A stretch of 64,000 nucleotides of DNA, from positions 50,893-114,892 of the forward strand of contig JAZKFF010000035.1 in the NCBI GenBank assembly GCA_040386555.1. The letters are read 5' to 3'. The position numbers and the translations under genes were made by a program. Origin of the DNA: Bacteroidota bacterium (GTDB taxonomy: Bacteria; Bacteroidota; Bacteroidia; Chitinophagales; Chitinophagaceae). Below the pieces are notes generated by a model. That model was not told where the DNA came from, made no database searches, and saw nothing but the letters and a program-made list of their open reading frames with translations. Below, piece after piece: positions 46,387 through 56,200 of the stretch (position 1 is its first letter; the number at the start of each line of letters is the position of its first letter).

Positions 46387-46701
46387 CTAGCTGTGGGAAG
46401 CGTACTGCCTTGATATGCGGTTGTGCTTAAGCGAGCGGATACCTTGTATCAGCGATACTTTACCGTTCTCTGTAACGAAGTGGTGCTTATACTCTACCAG
46501 GTTCGACTTGATGTAAGCTGCATCGCTCTTTACAGTCAGCCAGCCATCGTGGAAGAAAAGCACTGCATTCAAAAACAGAACAGTGAGCATGCTGATGAAT
46601 GATATTGCTACTACTTTGGCGCTTACAAAGAAGCTTTCGTCGAGGTTCAGGAAGTGCTTGCAGGTTACTTTTACTATTGGTGCCAGATATTCTTTGTACA
46701 T
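46387..46701 (-). CDS. Hypothetical membrane protein
   Basis: 104-aa ORF with a central hydrophobic segment, convergent with the DUF4375 gene. Confidence 0.5.
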   Translation of the reverse strand: MYKEYLAPIVKVTCKHFLNLDESFFVSAKVVAISFISMLTVLFLNAVLFFHDGWLTVKSDAAYIKSNLVEYKHHFVTENGKVSLIQGIRSLKHNRISRQYASHS

Positions 46702-46879
46702 AATTTTCTTTTTTTCGTCGTCTAATCTTGTTCTCCCTTACATAGGAATTAAAAACTATGCCACTATATTATTTAGTAAAAATATAATTTGTAAGTCGCT
46801 GTAGACGTGGTGTATAAGTGGGTATTTTCTTTCCCAAAACCAAATATATTAGACTTATATTTGCATTACCTGGCTGTAA

Positions 46880-47176
46880 ATGAAAGTTCTGTCCTTTATA
46901 TTGTTGATTTTAATGGCAAATATCGCCGCCTTTGGGCAGGGGATGGCAAAGCTGCGCGCAAAGGACAGTGCGACTGTGAGCAGTGGGGACCGTAAATTGT
47001 TATCAACATCCCGCTTTATGAATGCCGGGATACCCCAAAATCACTACGCCAGCCACCTGGGCTTTTTTTGCAGGCAAGAGCTAAAGATGCAGAAAGCTAA
47101 TCTGCCGGTCATATTCCGCGTAGGAAGGGTGGAAGACTGTAACAGGCTGGAACAAAAGCCGGGGTACAAAAATTAG
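46880..47176 (+). CDS. Hypothetical secreted protein
   Basis: Signal peptide; LGFFCRQELK...FRVG...LEQKPG. Confidence 0.65.
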   Translation: MKVLSFILLILMANIAAFGQGMAKLRAKDSATVSSGDRKLLSTSRFMNAGIPQNHYASHLGFFCRQELKMQKANLPVIFRVGRVEDCNRLEQKPGYKN

Positions 47177-47197
47177 TTATTCCTTTTTTTAGGCAGG

Positions 47198-48907
47198 CTA
47201 CATGCCTAACTGTTTCAGCAGCGGCGCAGGCACTTCTATACCTTGCTGCCTCATATTCCTGATGTGCGCACGAGCGCTATCGGCCTGCTGTAGCTCTCCA
47301 TATAGCAGCAGCAGGTTATTATTAGCCATAGAGTTGGCAGGGTCGCGCTGCAGGTAGCTTTTCAGGTAGCCAATGGCGCCCGTGCGGTCCTGCTTTACCA
47401 TCGCCACGCGTGCCAGGTAAAAGTCGCACTGGTAGTAGTTCGATATCTTCTTTTCTTCCAGCAGGTATTTTTCAGCTGCCAGCACAGAGTCTTTCTTCAG
47501 CAGCATCTCTGCATAGTAGTAGTTGATGTATTTTTCTTTGGGGTTAAGCTTATACGCCTTGCGAAAAAGCTCCGCTGATCGCTCCGCATCGTTAGGTATG
47601 CGCGCTCCAAGCATCATATTGGCATAGGCCGAATTGGGTGACGTTGCTGCCGCCTGCGACCAGAAAGACAGCGGGTCCTTAAAATTGGCTTGGTGCATAT
47701 AGTTGAGCACAGCAAATAGCCCGCAGATCACGGCCCCGGCTCCAAACAGCTGCTTGTCATTCAGCTTGTTTTGCAAGAGCGAGGTTTGCGATAGCAGCAG
47801 CAGTATGCCGGCCAATGGCAGATAAAGCCTGTGCTCGAATGATTGCTCATTCAGCTTTTGCGGTACTATTAGAGCGGGCAGCAGGAAAAGGAGAAATACC
47901 AGTGCGCCAGCCAATACTATGGAAAGATCTTTTCGTTTGCTGAGCATGATGATCGCCGCCAGCAAAACTATGGCCGTAATGCCATAGTGGTAAACCGTAT
48001 CGTGCTGAATGGGGAATACACTTAGGTTGACAGGAATAAATATTTTACCCAGGTACTGCACAATAAGGGGCAAGCGCCTGAAAAAATCCGATAACATTTG
48101 TCCCGATGAAACACTCGCCTGCGTGGTAGCTGCGGCGCGTGCGGCATACCATATTGCGAAGCAGAGCGCCCATAGCCCCAGTTGTATGTGGAGGCGCTTG
48201 TCGGTCAGCTTGCTTTTGAGTGCCAATACCTGCAGTACCAGGGCTACCGGTGCGGCAAACACCGCAGTTTCCTTTGTGAAGTAAGCAAGCAGCAGGAACA
48301 GTTGCGACCAGATGAGGTCTTTAACGTTCCCTTCTTTAGTATAGTTAATAGAAAAAATAAGAAACGAGAAGATGAATATTGCCAGCAGCGTATCGTTGCG
48401 GCCCGGTATCCATGCCACCGCCTGGGAAATTACCGGGTGAACGGCAAATACAAGGGCCAGCAGGAAGGAGTGCAGCTCACGAATTCCCAGTTTGAGAAAA
48501 AGCCGGAATAAAAGAACAACAGAGAGTGCATGAAACAACACATTTACTACATGGTAGACCACTATGTTCTCGCCGCCGCCGCTGAGCTTGAAGTTGATGA
48601 TCATGCTGTTCATAAACAGCGGGCGGTAGTAAGGGTCTTTTACTGCGTCGAAGAGGCCGCGGCTAAAAGAAGTGAACAGGTTCGTAATGTCCTCGTTGTA
48701 TTCGCGAAACTCCCTGATAAATATAGAATCATCTAGCTCTGTAAGCCCGAAGAAAAATGTGGGTGCATATACTAGCAGCACTGCTGCAAGCAGCCACATG
48801 ACCGGATGCTTTAATGTGAACATCGCAGGCGCATGCGACCCGGCGGGTGCTATTGGGGTGGCGGTCTTTGCGGCAGGCGAAGGTGCCGGGGTAACTTTTT
48901 TACTCAC
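47198..48907 (-). CDS. TMTC-like GT-C membrane glycosyltransferase with C-terminal TPRs
   Basis: LDD loop; YYRPL; FAVHPVISQAVAWIPGRND; EHRLYLP; multiple TM helices followed by TPR-like helices. Confidence 0.8.
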   Translation of the reverse strand: MSKKVTPAPSPAAKTATPIAPAGSHAPAMFTLKHPVMWLLAAVLLVYAPTFFFGLTELDDSIFIREFREYNEDITNLFTSFSRGLFDAVKDPYYRPLFMNSMIINFKLSGGGENIVVYHVVNVLFHALSVVLLFRLFLKLGIRELHSFLLALVFAVHPVISQAVAWIPGRNDTLLAIFIFSFLIFSINYTKEGNVKDLIWSQLFLLLAYFTKETAVFAAPVALVLQVLALKSKLTDKRLHIQLGLWALCFAIWYAARAAATTQASVSSGQMLSDFFRRLPLIVQYLGKIFIPVNLSVFPIQHDTVYHYGITAIVLLAAIIMLSKRKDLSIVLAGALVFLLFLLPALIVPQKLNEQSFEHRLYLPLAGILLLLSQTSLLQNKLNDKQLFGAGAVICGLFAVLNYMHQANFKDPLSFWSQAAATSPNSAYANMMLGARIPNDAERSAELFRKAYKLNPKEKYINYYYAEMLLKKDSVLAAEKYLLEEKKISNYYQCDFYLARVAMVKQDRTGAIGYLKSYLQRDPANSMANNNLLLLYGELQQADSARAHIRNMRQQGIEVPAPLLKQLGM

Positions 48908-49022
48908 TTCTATAGTAATCGTGGATACCCTTCAAATATATTACTTTGCCTGCAATAACTGTAAAAGCCTTTTCAGAAATTGCTTTCTGAAAAGGCTTTT
49001 AACCGGGATGTAAAAAGAGGTA

Positions 49023-49511
49023 TTAATATGCTGCCTGGAGTACACCACCGCCTCCGAGAAGCTCTTTAGCACGGCTGATGTCATCCTTTGTGCCGCGTGC
49101 CACCAGCAGGAATTTTCCCTGGGCCAGCGCATCATGGTAGCGTGCTACGTTTGAGTCTTTCAGGCCCACGGTAGCCAGGATAGAAGCTATGCCGCCACCT
49201 ATAAGGCCAAAGTCGAACCCTGCTATCGCTCCTATAAGGGCACCTGAGCCATACAGGAAGCCTAAGCCGGGTATAGCGAACAGCCCTGCGCCAGTGATGA
49301 GGCCGAGTATAGTGCCTATTACAGTGCCTGTGCCCAGGCTTGCTGCGCTGATAGGGCTCTTCAGCATTATATGCATGTCCTCGTCTATTACTTCGGTAGC
49401 CCTTTTGCCCATTATAGTTATCTGGGATACAGGGTAGTTTGCATCTTTTAATTTTTGAACAGCTTCTACTGCCATATCGTGATTATCGTAAACACCAATT
49501 GTCGTATTCAT
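49023..49511 (-). CDS. General-stress/DUF1269-like membrane protein
   Basis: IGVYDNHDMAVEAVQKL..; GLFAIPGLG...G.LIGAIAG; YHDALAQGKFLLV. Confidence 0.75.
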   Translation of the reverse strand: MNTTIGVYDNHDMAVEAVQKLKDANYPVSQITIMGKRATEVIDEDMHIMLKSPISAASLGTGTVIGTILGLITGAGLFAIPGLGFLYGSGALIGAIAGFDFGLIGGGIASILATVGLKDSNVARYHDALAQGKFLLVARGTKDDISRAKELLGGGGVLQAAY

Positions 49512-49784
49512 AAAAGTAAATTTTTAATGATTTGTATAAGGTTTTTGTTTTAATTTGTTTCAAAGGTTCAAAGAACTGTTAGGTATGTTTTAAAAAGCAT
49601 TCCAAAAAGCATAAAAAAAATGTTAGCGGCATAATTTACTGAGGACATTAACATTACTACCGCAAAACATTGCCCTCTTTTTAACAGTGTACTGGCATGG
49701 ATTTACCGTGATTTCCAATGTATAAGGTGCGATTTTGACAGTAATACCTTATCGATTGCTTTAACGTTATTAAAACGGTTTTTT

Positions 49785-50207
49785 ATGAAAAGGACAGGCT
49801 TAGTATTATGTATGTGTATGTTTGCCTCAGTGTTATTTGCTCAGAGCCACCCTGCGAACAAGGGACAAGCGCACCCCAAAGCAGCAACCGTTCTGCCATC
49901 GTGGGCAAAAGCCCAGCATTACAGCGCTGACGAGCACGCATACTTTCCCGACTACTATACTTATTATGATGCAAAAAGGAAAGGGTATGTATTCTGGAAG
50001 GACGGCAAGTGGTCCTTTACCCCTGCATTACCTCCGTTTCTTGAAAAGGTAGATATGAGCAAGACCCGCCTTAAGCTCGTGAAAGGCTTTAACCTGGCAC
50101 TCAGGCCCGAATTGAGCTATCCCCGGTATATGAAGATGTACCCTGCCACCCACGGTAATAACCTGGTGCCTGTGCCCTCATCGCCAACTTTGCCGGGTAA
50201 CCCATAA
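49785..50207 (+). CDS. Hypothetical secreted protein
   Basis: Signal peptide; PSWAKAQHY...YFPDYYTYYD...YVFW..GKW. Confidence 0.7.
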   Translation: MKRTGLVLCMCMFASVLFAQSHPANKGQAHPKAATVLPSWAKAQHYSADEHAYFPDYYTYYDAKRKGYVFWKDGKWSFTPALPPFLEKVDMSKTRLKLVKGFNLALRPELSYPRYMKMYPATHGNNLVPVPSSPTLPGNP

Positions 50208-50291
50208 TAACAGCAATTTTCTACATGGAAAATTTGCTGTCCTCCCCTGCGCATTTTCCATTAAATTTGCTGTCTTAAAAATTCCCATTAC

Positions 50292-50969
50292 ATGAAATTT
50301 ACTTTTTATGGCCATTCTTGTTTCCTTATTGAAACAGGAGGCAAAAAGCTGCTATTTGACCCGTTCATAACAGGCAATGAGCTGGCGAAAGGGGTGAACG
50401 TGGACAATATAGAGGCAGATTATATATTAGTGTCGCACGGCCATGGCGACCATGTAGGTGACCTGGTAAGTATAGCAAAGCGCACCGGGGCAAAGGTGAT
50501 AGCTGCCTATGAGGTAGTGAGCTGGGCTGAAAAGCAGGGCATCACCAATGTTCACCCGATGAATTTCGGGTCGTTCAACTTCGAATTTGGCAAGCTATGG
50601 TTCGTGCCGGCTGCGCATAGCAGCTCTATGCCCGATGGCTCTTATGGGGGCAACCCGGGCGGATTTCTCCTCCGTGGCGCCGAAAAGACATTCTATTATA
50701 CAGGTGATACCTGCCTGACGACCGATATGCAGCTGATAAAGCACTATGCGCGGCCCGATGTGACAATACTACCCATCGGCGGCAACTTTACCATGGACTA
50801 TGAGGATGCCGTTATTGCCGCAGACTTTATTGGTTGTAATAAATTAGTCGGTGTTCATTTCGACACATTCGGATATATTAAAATAGACCACAACGCAGCA
50901 AAAGAAAAATTTAAAGCAGCGGGGAAAGACCTAATATTGCCGGCAATAGGCCAGACCATTGAAATATAA
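50292..50969 (+). CDS. Metal-dependent hydrolase (UPF0173, metallo-beta-lactamase fold)
   Basis: FYGHSCF; LFDPFITGN; SHGHGDH; AHSSS; GDT; LPIGGNFTM. Confidence 0.92.
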   Translation: MKFTFYGHSCFLIETGGKKLLFDPFITGNELAKGVNVDNIEADYILVSHGHGDHVGDLVSIAKRTGAKVIAAYEVVSWAEKQGITNVHPMNFGSFNFEFGKLWFVPAAHSSSMPDGSYGGNPGGFLLRGAEKTFYYTGDTCLTTDMQLIKHYARPDVTILPIGGNFTMDYEDAVIAADFIGCNKLVGVHFDTFGYIKIDHNAAKEKFKAAGKDLILPAIGQTIEI

Positions 50970-51059
50970 GTCTGGGGACCAGTGAATGTAGAAAGTTGTT
51001 TCAGTTTTAATATAATGGCGCAAGTCATGTTTTAATAAGAGTTTCCAGTAGCAAGTAAT

Positions 51060-51866
51060 ATGGCAAAAGTAATAGCGATAGCAAACCAGAAGGGTGGGGT
51101 AGGCAAGACAACAACTGCAATCAATCTTGCGGCCAGTCTTGGCGTATTGGAATATAAAACGCTGCTTGTTGATGCAGATCCGCAGGCAAACAGTACTACG
51201 GGAAATGGCTTTGACCTCAAGAATGTGCAGCTGAGCCTTTACGACTGCATGGTGAACGAAACCCCCGCCTCACAGGTAATTCTCGAGACCGAAACCCCCA
51301 ACCTGTTCTTACTACCCAGCCACCTCGACCTGGTGGGTGCGGAGATAGAGCTGATCAATCATCCTAACAGGGAGTACGTGCTGCGTAAGGCACTGGAGCC
51401 GGAACTGGCAAATTATGACTTTATAGTTATTGACTGCTCCCCCTCGCTGGGCCTTATTACAGTGAATGCCCTTAGTGCGGCTGATAGCGTGGCCATACCG
51501 GTGCAGTGCGAATACTTTGCCCTGGAGGGCCTTGGGAAATTGCTCAATACCATTAAGATAGTGCAGACCCGCATCAACGCGAACCTGAAGATAGAAGGCA
51601 TACTGATGACCATGTATGATGGCCGCCTGCGCCTGAGCAACCAGGTGGTGGAGGAGATCAAGGCGCATTTTGGTGACCTGGTGTTCAATACTATCCTGCA
51701 CCGCAACACAAGGCTGGGCGAAGCGCCAAGCTTTGGCAAGCCGGCATTGCTTTATGATGCGGAAAGCACTGGCGCTATTAACTACCTGAATCTTGCTAAG
51801 GAAATATTGCAGAAGAACAATATGACCAAGATAAAGAACGAGGACAAAATATTTGAAGCGGAATAA
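51060..51866 (+). CDS. parA: Chromosome partitioning ATPase
   Basis: ANQKGGVGKTTT; DADPQAN; IDCSPSLG; PVQCEYFALEGL; RLGEAPSFG. Confidence 0.97.
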   Translation: MAKVIAIANQKGGVGKTTTAINLAASLGVLEYKTLLVDADPQANSTTGNGFDLKNVQLSLYDCMVNETPASQVILETETPNLFLLPSHLDLVGAEIELINHPNREYVLRKALEPELANYDFIVIDCSPSLGLITVNALSAADSVAIPVQCEYFALEGLGKLLNTIKIVQTRINANLKIEGILMTMYDGRLRLSNQVVEEIKAHFGDLVFNTILHRNTRLGEAPSFGKPALLYDAESTGAINYLNLAKEILQKNNMTKIKNEDKIFEAE

Positions 51867-51907
51867 GTGTACTGGTTTATTTTTAATAATATCTGATCTG
51901 ATTTTTA

Positions 51908-52822
51908 ATGGCGCAGCCGAATAAGAAAAACGCGTTGGGTAAGGGTATAAGGGCGCTGCTCGATACCATTGACGAGGAGATAAAAGCGCCAAGAGAAGGT
52001 GTGCCCGCCGTATCGGGCCAGCAGAGTACGAATACCATAGCACGTATTCCTATAGAGCAGATAGAGGTGAACCCAAAGCAGCCAAGGCGCGACTTTGACG
52101 AAGGGTCTTTGAAGGAATTATCAGAAAGTATACAGCTCCACGACATCATACAGCCGGTAACGGTGATCAAAATAGGCCAGAATCGTTTTCAGCTGATCAG
52201 CGGTGAGCGCCGCTGGCGTGCCAGTAAAATGGCCGGGTTAAAAGATATCCCAGCCTACGTGCGCACTGCCGATAGCCAGGAATTGCTGGAAATGGCCCTG
52301 CTGGAGAACCTGCAGCGGGAGAACCTGAATGCCATAGAGGTAGCCATGAGCTACCGCCAGCTGATGGATGAGTGCGGCCTCAACCAGGAGCAGGTAGCAG
52401 AGCGCATGAAAAAAGAGCGTAGCACTGTGGCCAACTATCTCAGGCTACTAAAGCTCCCTCCCGATGTGCAGCGGGCTGTGCGCGATGGCTTGCTGAGCAT
52501 GGGCCACGCCAGGGCTATAATAGGCCTCGACCACGTAGAGCAGCAGCTATATGTTTTTCGCGAAACCATGGAGCGTGGCTTGTCCGTAAGGCAGGTGGAG
52601 CAAATGGTAAAGGATATGGATGGCAATAAAGCCCCTGCCGCTGCTGCAAAGTCTGCCGGCCTTAAGCTGCCACCCGCCTACAAGCGTATAGAGGATAACA
52701 TGGCATCTCACTTTTCTACTAAGGTAAAGCTGGACCGCAAGAAGACTGGCAAAGGCAACATCGTTATTGAGTTTTACAATGACGAAGACCTGGAGCGCAT
52801 TATGGAAAAGATGAGCATGTAG
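51908..52822 (+). CDS. parB: Chromosome partitioning protein ParB/Spo0J
   Basis: LGKGIRALL; NPKQPRRDFD; LISGERRWRA; ENLQRENLN; LSMGHARA. Confidence 0.97.
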   Translation: MAQPNKKNALGKGIRALLDTIDEEIKAPREGVPAVSGQQSTNTIARIPIEQIEVNPKQPRRDFDEGSLKELSESIQLHDIIQPVTVIKIGQNRFQLISGERRWRASKMAGLKDIPAYVRTADSQELLEMALLENLQRENLNAIEVAMSYRQLMDECGLNQEQVAERMKKERSTVANYLRLLKLPPDVQRAVRDGLLSMGHARAIIGLDHVEQQLYVFRETMERGLSVRQVEQMVKDMDGNKAPAAAAKSAGLKLPPAYKRIEDNMASHFSTKVKLDRKKTGKGNIVIEFYNDEDLERIMEKMSM

Positions 52823-53237
52823 GTGCTTTCGTAGGGCTCAAGGCCTACTCATTCGAGTAAATAAATTGTTACCATTTCGTTTTCAAGTTGTTAATCACTT
52901 TGTCGCAATCGGCTGTATGGTGCTGGTTTACGCATCTTAAATAGCCCAATTCCGCTTATTATTATCATTTTACGAGCTGTATATTTTATATATGTGATGT
53001 TAATGGCACGCGGTGCGCTGCTGTATCTCACAACCGGATAGTAATAATTTGAAAAGCATTTATATTTTTATCGTTCCAAACTAAAGTTTTATGGAAATAA
53101 GATACGCGTGCATACAGAGTGTGCACCGGCGAAGGGCAGTGTTGCCGCAGCTAATTTGCCACGGCAGGAAGTAGTGTCTCAAATGTTCTAAATCTGTATT
53201 GAATACAACTATAATTTTAAACGCCTAAAAGATTTTT

Positions 53238-56200
53238 ATGAAAAAAATTACCCTGCTGCTATTGGCAACTTTGATGGCCTTTGGATATTCCAATGGTCAA
53301 CAGACGCTTCGCATGACCGTGCAACCGGCGCCTACACAAGGCGCGGCACAGGAATATGAGACCGACCGGATAACAGTAAAGTTTCGGATTGGTTTTATTC
53401 CGGTGTTTACCGAACGGAATGGAAAAGTCGAATCGGGTATACCGGCGATAGACGCGCTGATAGCGCGGTACCCGCTTACCAAGGCAGTACGGATAGATGC
53501 AGGCAGGAAAAGTAAAGACCAGATGTATTCTTTACGTTTTGACGGAAACATCGATGTGATGGGTGCGGTAAAGGATTATCAGCAAACAGGTGTGCTGGAC
53601 TTTGCCGAACCTGACTACAAGGAAGGGATTTTTACGACCACACCGAATGATCCATATTTTGTTTATCAATGGGGCTCGTTTAACAACGGAAGTTTTGCAT
53701 ATGGTTCAGTATCGCCTACTGCTGGCAGGGATATCGATATGAAGCTTGCGTGGGATATTACACAGGGATCTAGCTCAGTTGTAGTAGCCGTGATAGATGC
53801 GGGTGCCCGCATGGATCACCCTGAATTCTCAGGACGTGTATGGACCAATACTGATGAAATAGCAGGTAACGGCATAGATGACGACGCGAACGGCTTTATT
53901 GATGACAGGCTGGGATGGAATTTTTCTTACAACACTAATGATCCTACCGATGATCACGGGCATGGTACGAACGTGGCCGGTATCATCGGAGCAAATGGCA
54001 ATAACAGCGTAGGGTATGCCGGTATCGACTGGAATTGCAAACTTATGATGCTAAAAGCGCTTAATTCGGCAGGATCAGGTAACACGGGCCTTACCTCCAG
54101 CGCAATATATTATGCAACGGACAATGGGGCCAAAGTGATCAATATGTCACTCGGCGGCGCCGGCTATTCAGCAGCACTGCAAACAGCGATAGACTATGCA
54201 TATGCAAATGGCGTGACCTGTGTTGCAGCAATGGGAAATGACAATACCAGCACTCCTTTTTATCCTGCCGCAATGAATCATATAATTGCTGTAGGCGCTA
54301 CCAGGTGTAATGACACAAGGGCTACCTTTTCTAACTTTGGCAGCCACATATCTGTGGTTGCACCTGGAGAGGCTATATTTGGCTTATACTACGCATCCAG
54401 TACAGATTATACACACGGCATGAGCGGTACCTCGCAGGCATGTCCGCATGTTGCAGGTGTTGCCGCATTACTACTCGCGCAGAACGGCACCCGTACTCAT
54501 GATCAGATCAAAGCGATACTGCAGGGCAGCGCCGAGGATCAGGTAGGCAGTGCTTCCGAGGACATTGCCGGCTTCGATAATTACTATGGCTATGGCCGCA
54601 TAAACGCTTATGCAGCGCTTACTTATTCGGCTAGTTGCTCCCTGCCTGCCATAGGCGGAACAAAGACCGTATGTATTGGCGCAACAACTACGTTGTCTAA
54701 TGCTACAGCAGGTGGTACGTGGATGAGCGGCAGCACAGCCACGGCGACTATAGGGTCAACAACAGGTGTAGTTACGGGTGTGGCTGCTGGTACTGCAAAC
54801 GTTACCTATACGGTAGGCGTATGCACCGTAACGGCAACCGTTACGGTAAATGCATTGCCTAATGCGATCACCGGCTCCGGCACAGTCTGCGTAGGAAGAA
54901 CTACAACACTTGCAAGCAGTACCAGCGGCGGCACATGGACGAGCAGTACTACCGCCGTGGCTACTGTGGTTAGTAGTACCGGCGTGGTAACCGGCGTAGC
55001 GGCGGGCACATCCCGCATCACTTACTCTGTTACCGCCACCGGCTGTACCAGGACTTCTGTTGTCACCGTTAACGCGTTACCTAACGCTATCACCGGCGCT
55101 ACTACGGTATGCGCAGGCGCCGGCACAACACTTGCCAGCACCACCACCGGTGGTACCTGGACGAGCAGTAACACTGCCGTGGCTACGGTAGGAAGTACTA
55201 ACGGGGTGGTTACAGGGGTAACAGCAGGAACAGCTGTGATCACATATACCATTACATCTACAGGATGCAATCGCACAGTTACAGTAACAGTGACCACTGG
55301 TTCCGGTGGCATATCGGGCAGTACATCTGTTTGCGTAAGCTCAACTATTACACTGACCAATGCAACCAGCGGCGGTACCTGGAGCAGTAGCAGCACGGGC
55401 ATTGCTTCAGTCAACTCTACAACTGGCGTGGTTACGGGCATGGCTGCAGGCGCAGCTACTATCACTTATACTACTTCATGCGGCACTGTGGTCCACTCCA
55501 TTACTGTTAACGTTAATCCTGGTATTACCGGCACAGCGTCTACATGTATAGGGGCGGCAACTACATTAAGCAGCACTATATCCGGCGGCACCTGGACCAG
55601 CGGCACCACTTCTGTTGCTACAGTAGGGTCTGGTACAGGTATTGTTACCGGTGTAGCCACAGGCACATCAATAGTTACATACACGCTTGCTACGGGTTGC
55701 AGGGCTATTGTAATAGCTACTGTTAACACGCTGCCGGCGGCTATCACAGGCGGCATGGGCGTATGCACAGGCGGCACTGCTACACTTGCCAGCACTACAA
55801 GCGGCGGCACATGGAGCAGCAGCAATGCAGCGGTTGCAACAATAGGAGCAACTACCGGCATAGTTACGGGTGTAGCCTCAGGTACAGCTACTATTTCTTA
55901 TACAATTGCTACGGGTTGCCGTGTTACGACAGTAGTTACCGTTGGCGCTACAGCTGCAATATCAGGTACACTCACAGCATGTGTTGGTGCAGCTGCTACG
56001 CTCAGCAATGCTACATCCGGTGGCACATGGACAAGCAGCATGGCTTCGATAGCTACTGTAGGTTCTGCCACGGGTGTTGTTACAGGCGTTGCTGCGGGCA
56101 CGGCTACTATTACTTATACGGTGAGTGGCGGCTGCCGCACTACATCAGTAGTGACGATCAACGCTAATCCGGCCACGCTTACGGGAACTGCAACAGTTTG

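Noticed and set aside
50900-53240. parS sites or oriC near parAB
   Set aside because: No TGTTTCACGTGAAACA-like palindrome or DnaA-box cluster was seen by eye.
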